DNA of 64,000 nt from Chloropicon primus (Eukaryota), in assembly GCA_023205875.1 (NCBI GenBank), contig CP060758.1:558001-622000 (forward strand), in the 5' to 3' direction. Both the position numbers and the translations under genes were made by a program. Of the stretch, positions 1-9,748 are shown piece by piece; position 1 is the first letter of the stretch; every line of letters begins with the position of its first letter. The notes beneath the pieces are model-generated. The model was not told the origin of the DNA and did no database searches. It saw only the letters and a program-made list of their open reading frames with translations.

Positions 1-2
1 GG

Positions 3-3000
3 CAGGTGCTGGCGCACGTGGGCGAGGACACCGACGCCGGATCCAGTGTTCTCCAGATTCTCGATCAGGCGGGGGGCACTGGCGTGGACTCCGTGGCGGC
101 ATCCAGCTTGCTGGATTCCATGTCGATGCTCGCAAACTCGTATGAGCAAAGTGCCCAAACCTTGCAGAACATGATCAGAGACGAGCTTCTTGGCTCCGGC
201 TACAACAGCAGCGGCGCCAACGACACTTCCTCTGACGGCGGTGACGGTTTCAGGAGAAGAAGGCTTTTGCAGCAGCAGCTCGTGACGGACCAGGCTACGG
301 AAGTCATGGATATGGTGGACAAGCTGGCGTCTGCCGGCGTGAAAGACGCCGTGGACGGAGAGGATGCCTTCGAGGTGAGCAGCCCGAACATCCAGGTCAT
401 GTCTGCGAAGAGGGAAGATCCCACTGGGTCTTTCAACCTTCCAAAGGAGCCGGGTGCCAAGGACTCCCCGTCGTTCGATGTGCCAACGGGCTTGGGCAGC
501 GGCAGCGGAAACGTCGAGATCGTCTCGAGCGCGAACAAGAAGAACCCTTTCCAGGGAAGCATCGCTTCCGGTGGCAAGTTCGCGTCTGCGATCTCGAGCT
601 CTGTGGCTAGCTTTGACTTGAAGGCAAACAGCAGCAAGATGAACGTCAGCATTGACGCGTCGTCGGGGCAGCAGCCCATTACCATCAAAATTCCGGTGCC
701 CAAACCCGAGAGCTCGTGCAGGAAGGTTGAATCGAAGTGCCGGTACTGGGATGAGCACAAGCAGGAATGGAGCACCGAGGGTTTGTTCGAATTGGAACGG
801 ACGGACGAGTACCTCGTCTGCCAGACGTTGCATTTGTCTAGCTTTGCTGTCAGCACGGATGACGTCGTGCCGGAATTCAACGTGGTGGATCCTTTCGACC
901 TGGACCTCTTCTCGCAAATGACTCTGGACAACGCTTTGGCCATGTTTATTGTTGGCGCGATCTACATGCTCTTCGCCCTGGTGAACTACCTCGGGTACCG
1001 GGTGGACAACCAGAACAGGAGGAGGATGCAGGTCGAGCAGAAGCTGCTGGAGTTGGACCAGGGCATCAAAGGATTGTCCTTGACCAAGGGTGGTCAGGGC
1101 ATCTCGGCACCTTGGCCATCGAAGATGGGTTCGAACAACAAGAAGTCCGCTCTGACCAAGGAAGAGGAGGAGAGCCTTCGCTCTTACATCTCAAAAAAGC
1201 TTCTGAAAGACAGTGAGCTCGTTGCGGTCATCAATGTCAAGCCAGGGGACAAGTACACCAGACCCCAGCGGCTCATGGTTCTGCTGAGCATCGTTCTTGG
1301 ATACTTCGCCACAAGCGCCATTTTCTTTGGCCTTGATCCTTCCAACATCGCCGCGAAGCTCTTCATCGGTATCTTCACGGCTATGATACTTGGTCCTGCG
1401 AAGACGTCCTTCAAGCTCCTGTTCCGCAAGTCGACTTATTACGCTCCAAGGAAAAGGCCGGCGAGGAAGAAGCACATGCAGTCTCACAAGGCAAAGGCTT
1501 TGTCGAGGAGCGATCTGTGCACCTACCAGATCAAGGTCTTAACCTCAAATGTCCCCTTCGCGGGAACGCACAAGAATGTTCACGTCGTGCTCTATGGCGA
1601 CAAGGGTCGTAGCGTGACGCACACGCTGGATGAGGGCTCCCTCATTTTCTCGGAGGGAGGAAAGTCGTCCAAGGTATTGTTCGAGAGGGGAGAGCAATCT
1701 GTCTTCGAGATCAAGACGCAGGACGTTGGCAAGCTCGACCACATCGACATCGGTCACGACGGAAAGGGGTGGGGCTCTGGCTGGCACTTGAACTACGTGG
1801 TCGTGATCAACAAGAGCACGGGAGTTGGGGCCAAGTTCCCCTGCGGGCTTTGGCTGGACAAGAAGCTCGACGGAGGGTACTGCGAGAGAACTCTGAACGC
1901 GACTGATCCGTTCGAGGACCTTGCGATCCTCAAGGATGCTGGCGATTCCAAGGACAAGCTGTCGCCCGGCAGTCCTGCGGATGGATCCCAGAGGAGCGCG
2001 TCCCCTCCTGGCGTTCCAAAGCCAGTTGGGGTTCCTCGCCCTCGCAGGAGGAGAATGCACGGTGCCGATAGCCCGAGCCTCGGGTCGCGAGCATCGACGG
2101 CATCGAACAGCGCCCAGGGCCAATCATTCGGAGGCATCGTACCGCCTCCGCCACCTTTGGCCGCGGGCCAGCGTGTGAGGCCGAGGAGGATCAGGACGTC
2201 AACGGCGAGCATGATGGCAGTCCGAGCGGCGGCGGCTTTCAGGGGCTCGACCCTGGGAAGCAGAATCTCTCCGATGCCGTCCACGCCAGGCCTGCAGATG
2301 AGAGATGAGTTCGGCGCACCCGTGTCCCAGACGATGGGGACGATGGGGAGCAGCACCGCGACAGCGATACCGCCCCCTCCCCCAGAGAACCTGAATGCGA
2401 AGCGCAGGCCAAGAAGAACCAAGGCGAGGCAGACCGTCCTGGACGTCATAGGGATGAACAGAGTCGTCAGTGCTCTCTCTCCCGGTGGAAGCGACGGCAG
2501 CGTCCCGCCCCCCGTCCCACCTCCCAAGGCCTCCGGGGCACCAAGGCCAAGGAGGAGAGCCGGCAAAAACAGCGTCCATCCTTCTCCTCAGACGCCTGTC
2601 CAAAGGCCCGCCCAGGAGGCTCAGTCTTTCTCCGTGGAAAACGTGGCTTCGGCCCACAGCGCCACGAAGAACCCAAGGCCGAGGCCCGCGGTCCAAGCGA
2701 CCCATAGGATCAAGAACAAGGTCCTGGGATCGATTGTCCCGAGCGCGTCGGAGGGCGCGTCGAGCGAAGGGGCGAGCGGCGAGGCTCCAGCCTTCTACGT
2801 TCCCCCCGCCATCGATGCGGTCGTCAGGAAGATCCAGAGGAGATGGAAGAAGAAGTTGCTGGCGTTCAAGAGGAAGCAGAACAAGGCCGCGACGAAGATT
2901 CAGGCCCACTGGAGGGCGTTCAGCCTGAGAAAGAAGAAGAAAGAGGAGAAGGCAGCGCAGAAGGCGGATGAGATCATGTCAGGACTTTGGTGGGTCAAGG

Positions 3001-3431
3001 CCCACACCCAGGGAAAGGTCATATCGGATGGAAAGAAGGACCTTGGCTTCGACCAGCTCGCCAAGAAGTGGACGAGCGCGGAACAATCGATCATAAGCGA
3101 GAGCTTCCAGGGTAAAATGGACAAGAAGGCGGAAGGAAAGAGGACCAAGAAGGTGAAGAGAAGGAAGGAGCCCAAGGGCGGCTTGCCGAGGTGGTTCATT
3201 TACGTCACCTACACGGCATGCTTCATTTTCTGTGCAATTGCAAGTTGGTTCACCATCCTGTACGGTTTGAAGTTTGAGCCAGCCATCGGAAGAGCCTGGC
3301 TGCTTTCGAGTACGTTTGCTATTTTTGTTGAGATGTTCGTTCAGGACCCAATCAAAATCGCGGTGAAAGTAACCGTACTGAGAAAGCTCAAGCAGGCCTT
3401 GAAACCAAGCCCCAAAAGGAGGAACAAGTGA
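3..3431 (+). CDS. Polycystin-1/REJ-like membrane protein with GPS, 5 TM, PLAT/LH2 and IQ motifs (5' partial)
   Basis: GPS motif CRYWDEHKQEWSTEG...CQTLHLSSFAV (~738-850). TM1 follows, then the PKD1-like TRPQRL motif with TM2-3. PLAT domain YQIKVLTS...AGT...VVLYGDKG...FERG...IGHDG...WHL (~1524-1900). IQ motifs KIQRRWKK and KIQAHWRA. C-terminal TM pair ...YGLKF...WLLS...QDPIK. The frame is open to the window edge. Confidence 0.8.
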   Translation, partial: QVLAHVGEDTDAGSSVLQILDQAGGTGVDSVAASSLLDSMSMLANSYEQSAQTLQNMIRDELLGSGYNSSGANDTSSDGGDGFRRRRLLQQQLVTDQATEVMDMVDKLASAGVKDAVDGEDAFEVSSPNIQVMSAKREDPTGSFNLPKEPGAKDSPSFDVPTGLGSGSGNVEIVSSANKKNPFQGSIASGGKFASAISSSVASFDLKANSSKMNVSIDASSGQQPITIKIPVPKPESSCRKVESKCRYWDEHKQEWSTEGLFELERTDEYLVCQTLHLSSFAVSTDDVVPEFNVVDPFDLDLFSQMTLDNALAMFIVGAIYMLFALVNYLGYRVDNQNRRRMQVEQKLLELDQGIKGLSLTKGGQGISAPWPSKMGSNNKKSALTKEEEESLRSYISKKLLKDSELVAVINVKPGDKYTRPQRLMVLLSIVLGYFATSAIFFGLDPSNIAAKLFIGIFTAMILGPAKTSFKLLFRKSTYYAPRKRPARKKHMQSHKAKALSRSDLCTYQIKVLTSNVPFAGTHKNVHVVLYGDKGRSVTHTLDEGSLIFSEGGKSSKVLFERGEQSVFEIKTQDVGKLDHIDIGHDGKGWGSGWHLNYVVVINKSTGVGAKFPCGLWLDKKLDGGYCERTLNATDPFEDLAILKDAGDSKDKLSPGSPADGSQRSASPPGVPKPVGVPRPRRRRMHGADSPSLGSRASTASNSAQGQSFGGIVPPPPPLAAGQRVRPRRIRTSTASMMAVRAAAAFRGSTLGSRISPMPSTPGLQMRDEFGAPVSQTMGTMGSSTATAIPPPPPENLNAKRRPRRTKARQTVLDVIGMNRVVSALSPGGSDGSVPPPVPPPKASGAPRPRRRAGKNSVHPSPQTPVQRPAQEAQSFSVENVASAHSATKNPRPRPAVQATHRIKNKVLGSIVPSASEGASSEGASGEAPAFYVPPAIDAVVRKIQRRWKKKLLAFKRKQNKAATKIQAHWRAFSLRKKKKEEKAAQKADEIMSGLWWVKAHTQGKVISDGKKDLGFDQLAKKWTSAEQSIISESFQGKMDKKAEGKRTKKVKRRKEPKGGLPRWFIYVTYTACFIFCAIASWFTILYGLKFEPAIGRAWLLSSTFAIFVEMFVQDPIKIAVKVTVLRKLKQALKPSPKRRNK

Positions 3432-3587
3432 CTCTAGATCCCGGGATCCGGGTCTGGAGCCACACAGTATAACAATTATATATATGAGAACTCCCATCAA
3501 GAAGCAAAAAAATATATATATATATGAACAAAACCGCACATGTACCATTATTGTAATGATAACAATACAACCAAACTTTATCTTTAT

Positions 3588-5258
3588 TCACGAGTTTTCC
3601 TGCTCCTCCTCCTCGTCCCCCTCCTCCTCCTCGTATTCCTCGTCTTCTTCTTCTTGCTCGCTCCCGTTGGCCGCCGCCCCGTTGAGTTGCTCCTCCAAGT
3701 GCATCCTCAGGATGCTGAGCTGCCTCGACTTGAACGGGCTGTCCCCACCAAAGTTCAGAGCGGATATGGGGGAGGGCCTTGAAAGCGAGTTGTCCTCGCC
3801 GTCTGCCTGAGCGGGCTCGAGATTCTCCTCGAGCTTGTCGTCCTCCTCTCTCATTCTCGACAACATCTTGGCCAAATCGGGACCGGGGGACAGGGACACC
3901 CTGCTCAAGGGCAGCTCATCCTCCTCGCTTTCCTCCACGGCATCAAGCTCGCCGGTGAACCATGGGTGCTTGAGAGACTCGCTTGCCGTCAGCCTCTTGT
4001 TCGCCGCGGAGAGAAGCTTGGAAAGGAGGTCCTTCGCGGCAAGCGATATCTTGTCTCCCCCGAGCCTCGGTTCCGAGACGTCTCCCTGCTGGACCTGAAT
4101 CTTGGAGAAGGGCAGCTTTCCAAATAGCATGAAATGGAGGATGCAGCCGCAGCTCCACAGGTCGACCGCTTGGCTGTACATCCTCCCCTCGACCATCTCG
4201 GGCGCCAGGTACCTCGTTGTGCCGCAAGGCGTCGAAGCCTTCCAGGAATTGCTGCTCCCCCGGATCTTCCCGAACCCGAAGTCTATCACTTTCAATTCCG
4301 GCAATGCCTCCGGCCTGCTTGCTGCCTCTGTTTCCCCGAGGGCGGAGCGGGCCGCCGCCGCCTCGTCTTCCGCGCTCGACCTTCTCCGAGAGTTGGACCG
4401 TATCAGACCGAACACCCGGCTCATCCTTCTCTCCTTCTTCTTTACGGCCTGCTTCCCAGCAGCAGCTTTGGCGAACATCAGGTTCTCCACCTTCAAGTCG
4501 CGGTGGGCGAGGCCCCTCCCGTGGAGAAAGCTCACGCAGTCCAGGACTCCTTCGAAGAGCCTCTTCGCGACCGGCTCGGGAAGGGTCCCCTCCGCGTTGA
4601 CGTACTCTCCCAGCGAGATGTCCAGGAACTCGAGGACCAAGGCGATGTTTCCCTTGGAGTCGTAAAAGTAATCCTTCAGCTGGGGAAGCGACGAGTGCTC
4701 TGACTTGAGGTACCGCAAGATCCTGAGCTCGTTGTGCATCTCCCTGTGGCTGTCGCTGCTCTTGGTGGACAACTTGATCGCGACCTGCTCTTGAGTTATC
4801 TTGCTCCAAGCCCTGTAAACCTTGCAGGTGTGACCCTCCCCGATCTTCTCGCCCACGTCGTAATAGTCCCTGAACCTTCGAAAGACTTCGGGGTAGTGAG
4901 ACATCTCGCCCAGGAAGGAGTGAAGGTCGGCGTCCGAGGAGAACTTGAAGTAGGTCGCCCTCCTCCCCTCCTCCTTGGTCTTGGAGTAAGCCGCGGAGGC
5001 CACCAGGTTCTTGTGCACCTTCAGCTTCATCCCCGCCAAAGCCAGCCTCACGCTCCCCTTCCCTCCAACTTGCTGCTGCCCCTTCCCCGACTTTTGTGGA
5101 ACGCACCTGGTGGAGTACTCCAACACCTTGCTCCCCCTCTCGCAGCTGTGCAGCCTTATCGTCGTGTCCACATACTGCTGCTTTTTGAAGAACCCCTTCT
5201 CGCTCACTTGGCAAGCAATGCTGAAGTCCCTCGCCATCGCCAGACCCCCCGCCATCAT
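3588..5258 (-). CDS. Ser/Thr protein kinase (CAMK-like) with N-terminal PH-like region
   Basis: VAIK, HRDLKVEN, DFG, PCGTTRYLAPE and DLWSCGC motifs; acidic C-terminal tail. Confidence 0.9.
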   Translation of the reverse strand: MMAGGLAMARDFSIACQVSEKGFFKKQQYVDTTIRLHSCERGSKVLEYSTRCVPQKSGKGQQQVGGKGSVRLALAGMKLKVHKNLVASAAYSKTKEEGRRATYFKFSSDADLHSFLGEMSHYPEVFRRFRDYYDVGEKIGEGHTCKVYRAWSKITQEQVAIKLSTKSSDSHREMHNELRILRYLKSEHSSLPQLKDYFYDSKGNIALVLEFLDISLGEYVNAEGTLPEPVAKRLFEGVLDCVSFLHGRGLAHRDLKVENLMFAKAAAGKQAVKKKERRMSRVFGLIRSNSRRRSSAEDEAAAARSALGETEAASRPEALPELKVIDFGFGKIRGSSNSWKASTPCGTTRYLAPEMVEGRMYSQAVDLWSCGCILHFMLFGKLPFSKIQVQQGDVSEPRLGGDKISLAAKDLLSKLLSAANKRLTASESLKHPWFTGELDAVEESEEDELPLSRVSLSPGPDLAKMLSRMREEDDKLEENLEPAQADGEDNSLSRPSPISALNFGGDSPFKSRQLSILRMHLEEQLNGAAANGSEQEEEDEEYEEEEGDEEEEQENS

Positions 5259-5350
5259 TGCCCTGCTCCCCCACCTTGGACCGATCCTCGCCTTGCTGCT
5301 CCTCCGTTAATTTTCTCCTCCCCCCACCGCTTCTGTCACTCTCTCTCGAT

Positions 5351-5384
5351 TTTTAGGGTTTTAGGGTTTTCGAGAGGGTTTAGG
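5351..5384. repeat. Interstitial telomere-like/telo-box repeat (TTTTAGGG)2 plus a degenerate copy
   Basis: ttttagggttttagggttttcgagagggtttagg in the divergent kinase/kinesin-14 intergenic region. Confidence 0.7.
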
Positions 5385-5676
5385 TCCCATGCATAATTAA
5401 TTTCTATGGTAGAATATCCAAAACACGTCCACGATGGAATTTCTACACAAAAAACTCCCAAAGATCCAATCTTGGACTGAAATCTTTGAATTGTACGATG
5501 ACTGGATAATTAATGTCATTGCCTAGAAGAGTTGGAGTTTCGTTCCTCGTGTGTTGTTGAATTAACTTCTTTTGCCTTACAGTTTCAAAGTGGGGAGAGG
5601 AGGAAGCGAGAGGGGGAAGGGTCTGTCTCTGGTGCGTGTGAGTGTGAAGGGGGGCGACAGCACACGGAGAGGGGAG

Positions 5677-8416
5677 ATGACGGAAGGGGCGATGATGGCA
5701 GATGAGGGGGGGGAGGAGAGCGGACCATTCGCAAGCAATGGGAACAAGAAAACGGAGGACCATGACGAGGAACTGGAAAGTATCAAGAGAGTCACGGGGG
5801 AGGACGGGGTGTCGTACGAGACCCTGGAAGACGCGGAGGCAGGGAACAAGATACAGGCGGTGTGTCCCATGGTTGTGGCCTCGAGAGAGGTGAAGGAGAA
5901 GAAAAAGGTGATCTCTTTCACCACTACGGGGCTCAAGGACGTGTACCTGTGGATCGACATATTCGGATTCGCCGTCCTGGACTCGCACGGCAAGGTCACG
6001 AGGTCCGTCCCGTACCCTATGCTCGCCAGCTGGATGATCGACAACGACTTGTTCCAGGTTCAGCTCGTCAACAAGAAGGGGAAGCAGAAGGTGAGTCGCC
6101 GAGCGCAAACGCTTTCCCTCCGATCGATCCATTGAAATCGCGATGAAGCTCTCGGTCCTTTGCCTCTTCGGCTGCTGACTTTGCAGAGGTTTGTTCTCCT
6201 TCCTCGCCGTCTCTCTTCGTCGTCTCTTGCCGTTCCTTTCCAACGTGATGCGGCAGGTCTACACGTACCTGACTGGGTACCACACCGCGGTGAAGATCAA
6301 GAACCGCCTCTGGGAGTACATCGACCTTTACCTGAAGCACCCCAAGGCCGTGGAGGCCCTGCAGTCGTTTTGCCAGGCGATAGAGGAAGGCAACGTTGTG
6401 AGCACGGACTTGCTCAAGGAGGGGATCCCCTTGGACAAGGAAGCTTTCATTGACGAGAGCTTGACGAAAGCGAAGAAGATCCCGTTGGGTACCAACAAGG
6501 ATGGAACCCCAAAGAAACCGGCAAAGGCGAAAGCGGCGGCGACGTCGTCCAAGTCGCCCTCGAAGGATACTCAGAACCTCGCCCGTGCCGAAGCGGAGCT
6601 GCGGACCCTGAGGGAGGCCCTGCAGAAGGCTTTGGAGGAGCGCGACGAGGCGAAAGAGAAGTGCGAAGGCCTCGACGCGCAATTGGAGCTGTTGCAGCTG
6701 GAGAGCAAGGGGGGCGGAGACGGCGGGGAAGGGGCGAGCGCAAAGGCCAAGCAGCTCGAGGAAGAGGCCAAGCAGCTCAAGGAGGACTTGGAGTTCTCGG
6801 TGAGGGAGAGGGACAACCTGTCCAAGCAGCTGGAGAACGCGATGGAGAGGATGCAGTCCATGGAGAGCGGGGATGCTGGAAACACCCAGCAGGAGGTCTT
6901 GCACTACCAGCAGGAAGCTCAGCAGCTCGCGGCGCTCATGGAGGAGCAGCACTCCATCATTGACGACCTGGTGAAGGCAAAGTCTGATCTGGAGGAGCAG
7001 GTGGCCCAGGAGAAGGGGGGCAGGCAGCAGGCGGAGGCCATCGCGGAGGCGGCAACGAACGAGGCGGCGTCCGCGATTGCCGAGGCCCAGGCCGCGGGGG
7101 AGCAGATGCAAGGAGAGCAGATGCAAGTTGTTGCTTTGGGGGCCGGTGCGATCTTGGAGGGGTGCGAGGGACTGAGGAGGGACCTCGCGACTGTCAGGAG
7201 CGAGGCGGAGGCCCTGAGCACGGCCGTGCCCTTGATGAGCGCGTTTGCCCTGAGGCAGCTGAGCGATTTCATGGCCTCCGGGGCGTTCGCCTCCATGAGA
7301 GATGCGATGGAGAGGTACAAGAGGGAGTGCAAGCTCCGTAAGCAGCTCTACAACCAGCTGATTGAGCTGAGGGGCAACATCAGAGTGTTCTGCCGTGTAA
7401 GGCCTCTGTTCGGCAAGGAGATAGAGGAAGAAGAGGAGGACGTGACGAGGTTTCCGGAGGAGGATGAGATCACCGTCCTCGCTTCGGATGGCTCGTACTC
7501 GAGGGCCAAAACCTATGAGTTTGACAAGGTTTTCGGGCCGGACAGCAGCCAGACCGTGGTGTTCCAGGAGGTTGCGCCACTGATTGCAAGCGTGTTGGAC
7601 GGTTACAACTTCTGCATTTTCGCTTACGGGCAGACAGGAAGTGGAAAGACGCATACCATGGAAGGGCCCAGGGATGATCCTGGTGTGAACACGAGGGCCA
7701 TCGCCGAGCTGTTCCGCCTGGCCGAGGAGAGGGGGGAGGACTATGAGATCAACGTCTCCGCAAGCGTTCTTGAGATTTACAACGAGCAGCTGAGGGACTT
7801 GTTGGTGCGAGACAACTCCAAGAAGCTCGAGGCAAAGCTTGCGAAGGATGGGTCCGTGCACGTCCCTGGGCTGACCGCGATGAAGGTTGGAACCCCTCAG
7901 GACATCGTCAAAGTGATGGAAGTTGCGAGCAAGAACAGGGCCGTGTCTGCGACGAACATGAACGAGCACTCGAGTAGGAGTCACGCCATGCTGAGCGTGA
8001 GTGTGATGTGCAGAAACCGCATATCAAAGCAGGAGCACAGAGGAAAGCTGCACCTCGTAGATCTCGCGGGAAGCGAGCGCGTGGGCAAGAGCGAAGCCAC
8101 CGGAGCGCGCCTGAAAGAGGCTCAGGCCATCAACAAGTCCCTGTCTTCCTTGGGCGACGTCATCCAAGCGCTGTCCGCCAAGAAGGGACACGTGCCGTTC
8201 AGGAACAGCAAGCTGACATACGTTTTGCAAGATTCTTTGGGAGGCCACTCCAAGGTTCTCATGTTCGTCCAAGCCTCGCCTGCTGGCTCGAACACGAGCG
8301 AGACCCGTTGCTCCCTGGACTTTGCGGCGAGAGCCCGCAACGTGGAGCTCGGCCAGGCCAAGCAGAACACAGTTCGCTACGGCGATGGTGGGGACAACGG
8401 CCACGCCAAGCACTAA
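5677..8416 (+). CDS. Kinesin-14 (C-terminal motor) with N-terminal PH/FERM-F3-like domain; exons ~5677-6090 and 6257-8416
   Basis: Neck ELRGNIRVFCRVRP, P-loop GQTGSGKT, SSRSH, DLAGSER and a long coiled coil. The phase-0 intron GTGAGT..CAG (6091-6256) joins the two ORFs in frame (KGKQK|VYTYLTG). The start ATG is inferred. Confidence 0.88.
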
Positions 8417-8554
8417 GAGAGGAGGTTGGATGGGACAAAGAAGACAAAGTTATCTCATTACAAAAACCATTTTTTTTTTATTATATTGACCCCGGGATAG
8501 GATTCGTTGATTCAAGAGGAAGAGAAGTCCGCCGGCTTGCACTCCGACTCCGCT

Positions 8555-9748
8555 CTAAGAGAACACCGAGTCCGTGAGAATCGCGACCTCGTTCTGAAGA
8601 GCTTGCAATACTTTTGCGTCTATTGTACAACTCAAGGTGTCTATCGCGATCATGCCGGAGGGAAGCGAGCATATTGGGCACCCCAGCAACTTGCTGGCAT
8701 TCATGACGATCTCGCTGGCCTTCCTCATTCCCGAAAAGTACCTCTGGCGGAAATCCTCCGTGGATCCAATTTTGTGGCCGTCCACGAAGAACCGCACGAG
8801 CTTGTCTTCGGCCTTGTGAACGCTGTACATCTGGTCGGCCATGTTCTTCATTTGCTGGATGCAAGCCTTCGCTGGCGTGAAGGGCAGCATGATCCCCTCG
8901 TTCTGGCTCGGCTGGTTCTGGTAATGCAGGACGCTGTTGAAGACGACCTTGTGGACCTTCGATTGGAGCCAGCCGGCCTCTCTGCCCTCAAGGGTCTCGA
9001 GGACGTCGAAGAGCGCGTTCCCAGTGGGATCGATGAAAAGCCTCGAAAAGTCGTTGTCGTCTATGCTCAGAGGCAGGATGAGCTTCGTGGCCGCGCAGAA
9101 GGCGAGCTCGCTCACCGGCGCCTTGGCCAGGTGGTCCGTGTCTATCATCACCACCCAGTTCTGTGGCAGCGCGCTGATCGCGGCCCTGAGCCTCCTCACG
9201 GCGTCTGGGACTTCCTGGGGCTCCAAGGGGAGCTCCCCGCACGAGCAGCACACCCAGAGATTCGAGGGAAGGTCCCACTGCACGTCTCCGCCCTGGTCGA
9301 TCTCGTTGAGAAGATCACTCGGCCTCACCGCGAACCGCCTCAGGTCAATGGGCGCCTCCGCCTTGGTGTCCGCGGTGCCGCTCTGGTTCGCCCTTGGCTT
9401 GGAAGGAGAGAACGGGTTCCACCCACCGAAGAGGCCGGAGACCTGGGAGTCCTCGTCACTCATTCCCCCCTGCTTCCCCGTCGCCAGCGCCCGGAGAAGG
9501 CCCTCCACCCGCTCGTCCTTGCTCGTCCCCTCGAGTGCCGTTTGGGCTCCACGGGACGCCGCAAGCAGACTTGGCCGGCTCGTTCCGCCGCAAAGCATCG
9601 TCGTCAGGTCAGAGTAAAGACTGAAATCGATCGCCAGAACTTGCGTCTCCGGCCTCTTCTTCGCCAAGCTCGCCGCCAGCTGGAACGCTATCGTGCTCTT
9701 CCCCGACCCTCCCTTGTTGTTCGCAAACACATACGTCTCGGACACCAT
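8555..9748 (-). CDS. ParA/Soj/MinD-family (SIMIBI) P-loop ATPase
   Basis: Deviant Walker A NNKGGSGKST directly after the inferred start (MVSETYVFA), VLAIDFS (Walker A'), VVMIDTD (Walker B) and LILP. Confidence 0.8.
   Translation of the reverse strand: MVSETYVFANNKGGSGKSTIAFQLAASLAKKRPETQVLAIDFSLYSDLTTMLCGGTSRPSLLAASRGAQTALEGTSKDERVEGLLRALATGKQGGMSDEDSQVSGLFGGWNPFSPSKPRANQSGTADTKAEAPIDLRRFAVRPSDLLNEIDQGGDVQWDLPSNLWVCCSCGELPLEPQEVPDAVRRLRAAISALPQNWVVMIDTDHLAKAPVSELAFCAATKLILPLSIDDNDFSRLFIDPTGNALFDVLETLEGREAGWLQSKVHKVVFNSVLHYQNQPSQNEGIMLPFTPAKACIQQMKNMADQMYSVHKAEDKLVRFFVDGHKIGSTEDFRQRYFSGMRKASEIVMNASKLLGCPICSLPSGMIAIDTLSCTIDAKVLQALQNEVAILTDSVFS

Noticed and set aside
5300..5560. Possible telomerase RNA, with CCCTAAAA as template on the - strand
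   Set aside because: The repeat lies ~100 nt upstream of the kinase ATG, in its likely 5' UTR or promoter. I see no clear Pol III promoter/terminator arrangement.
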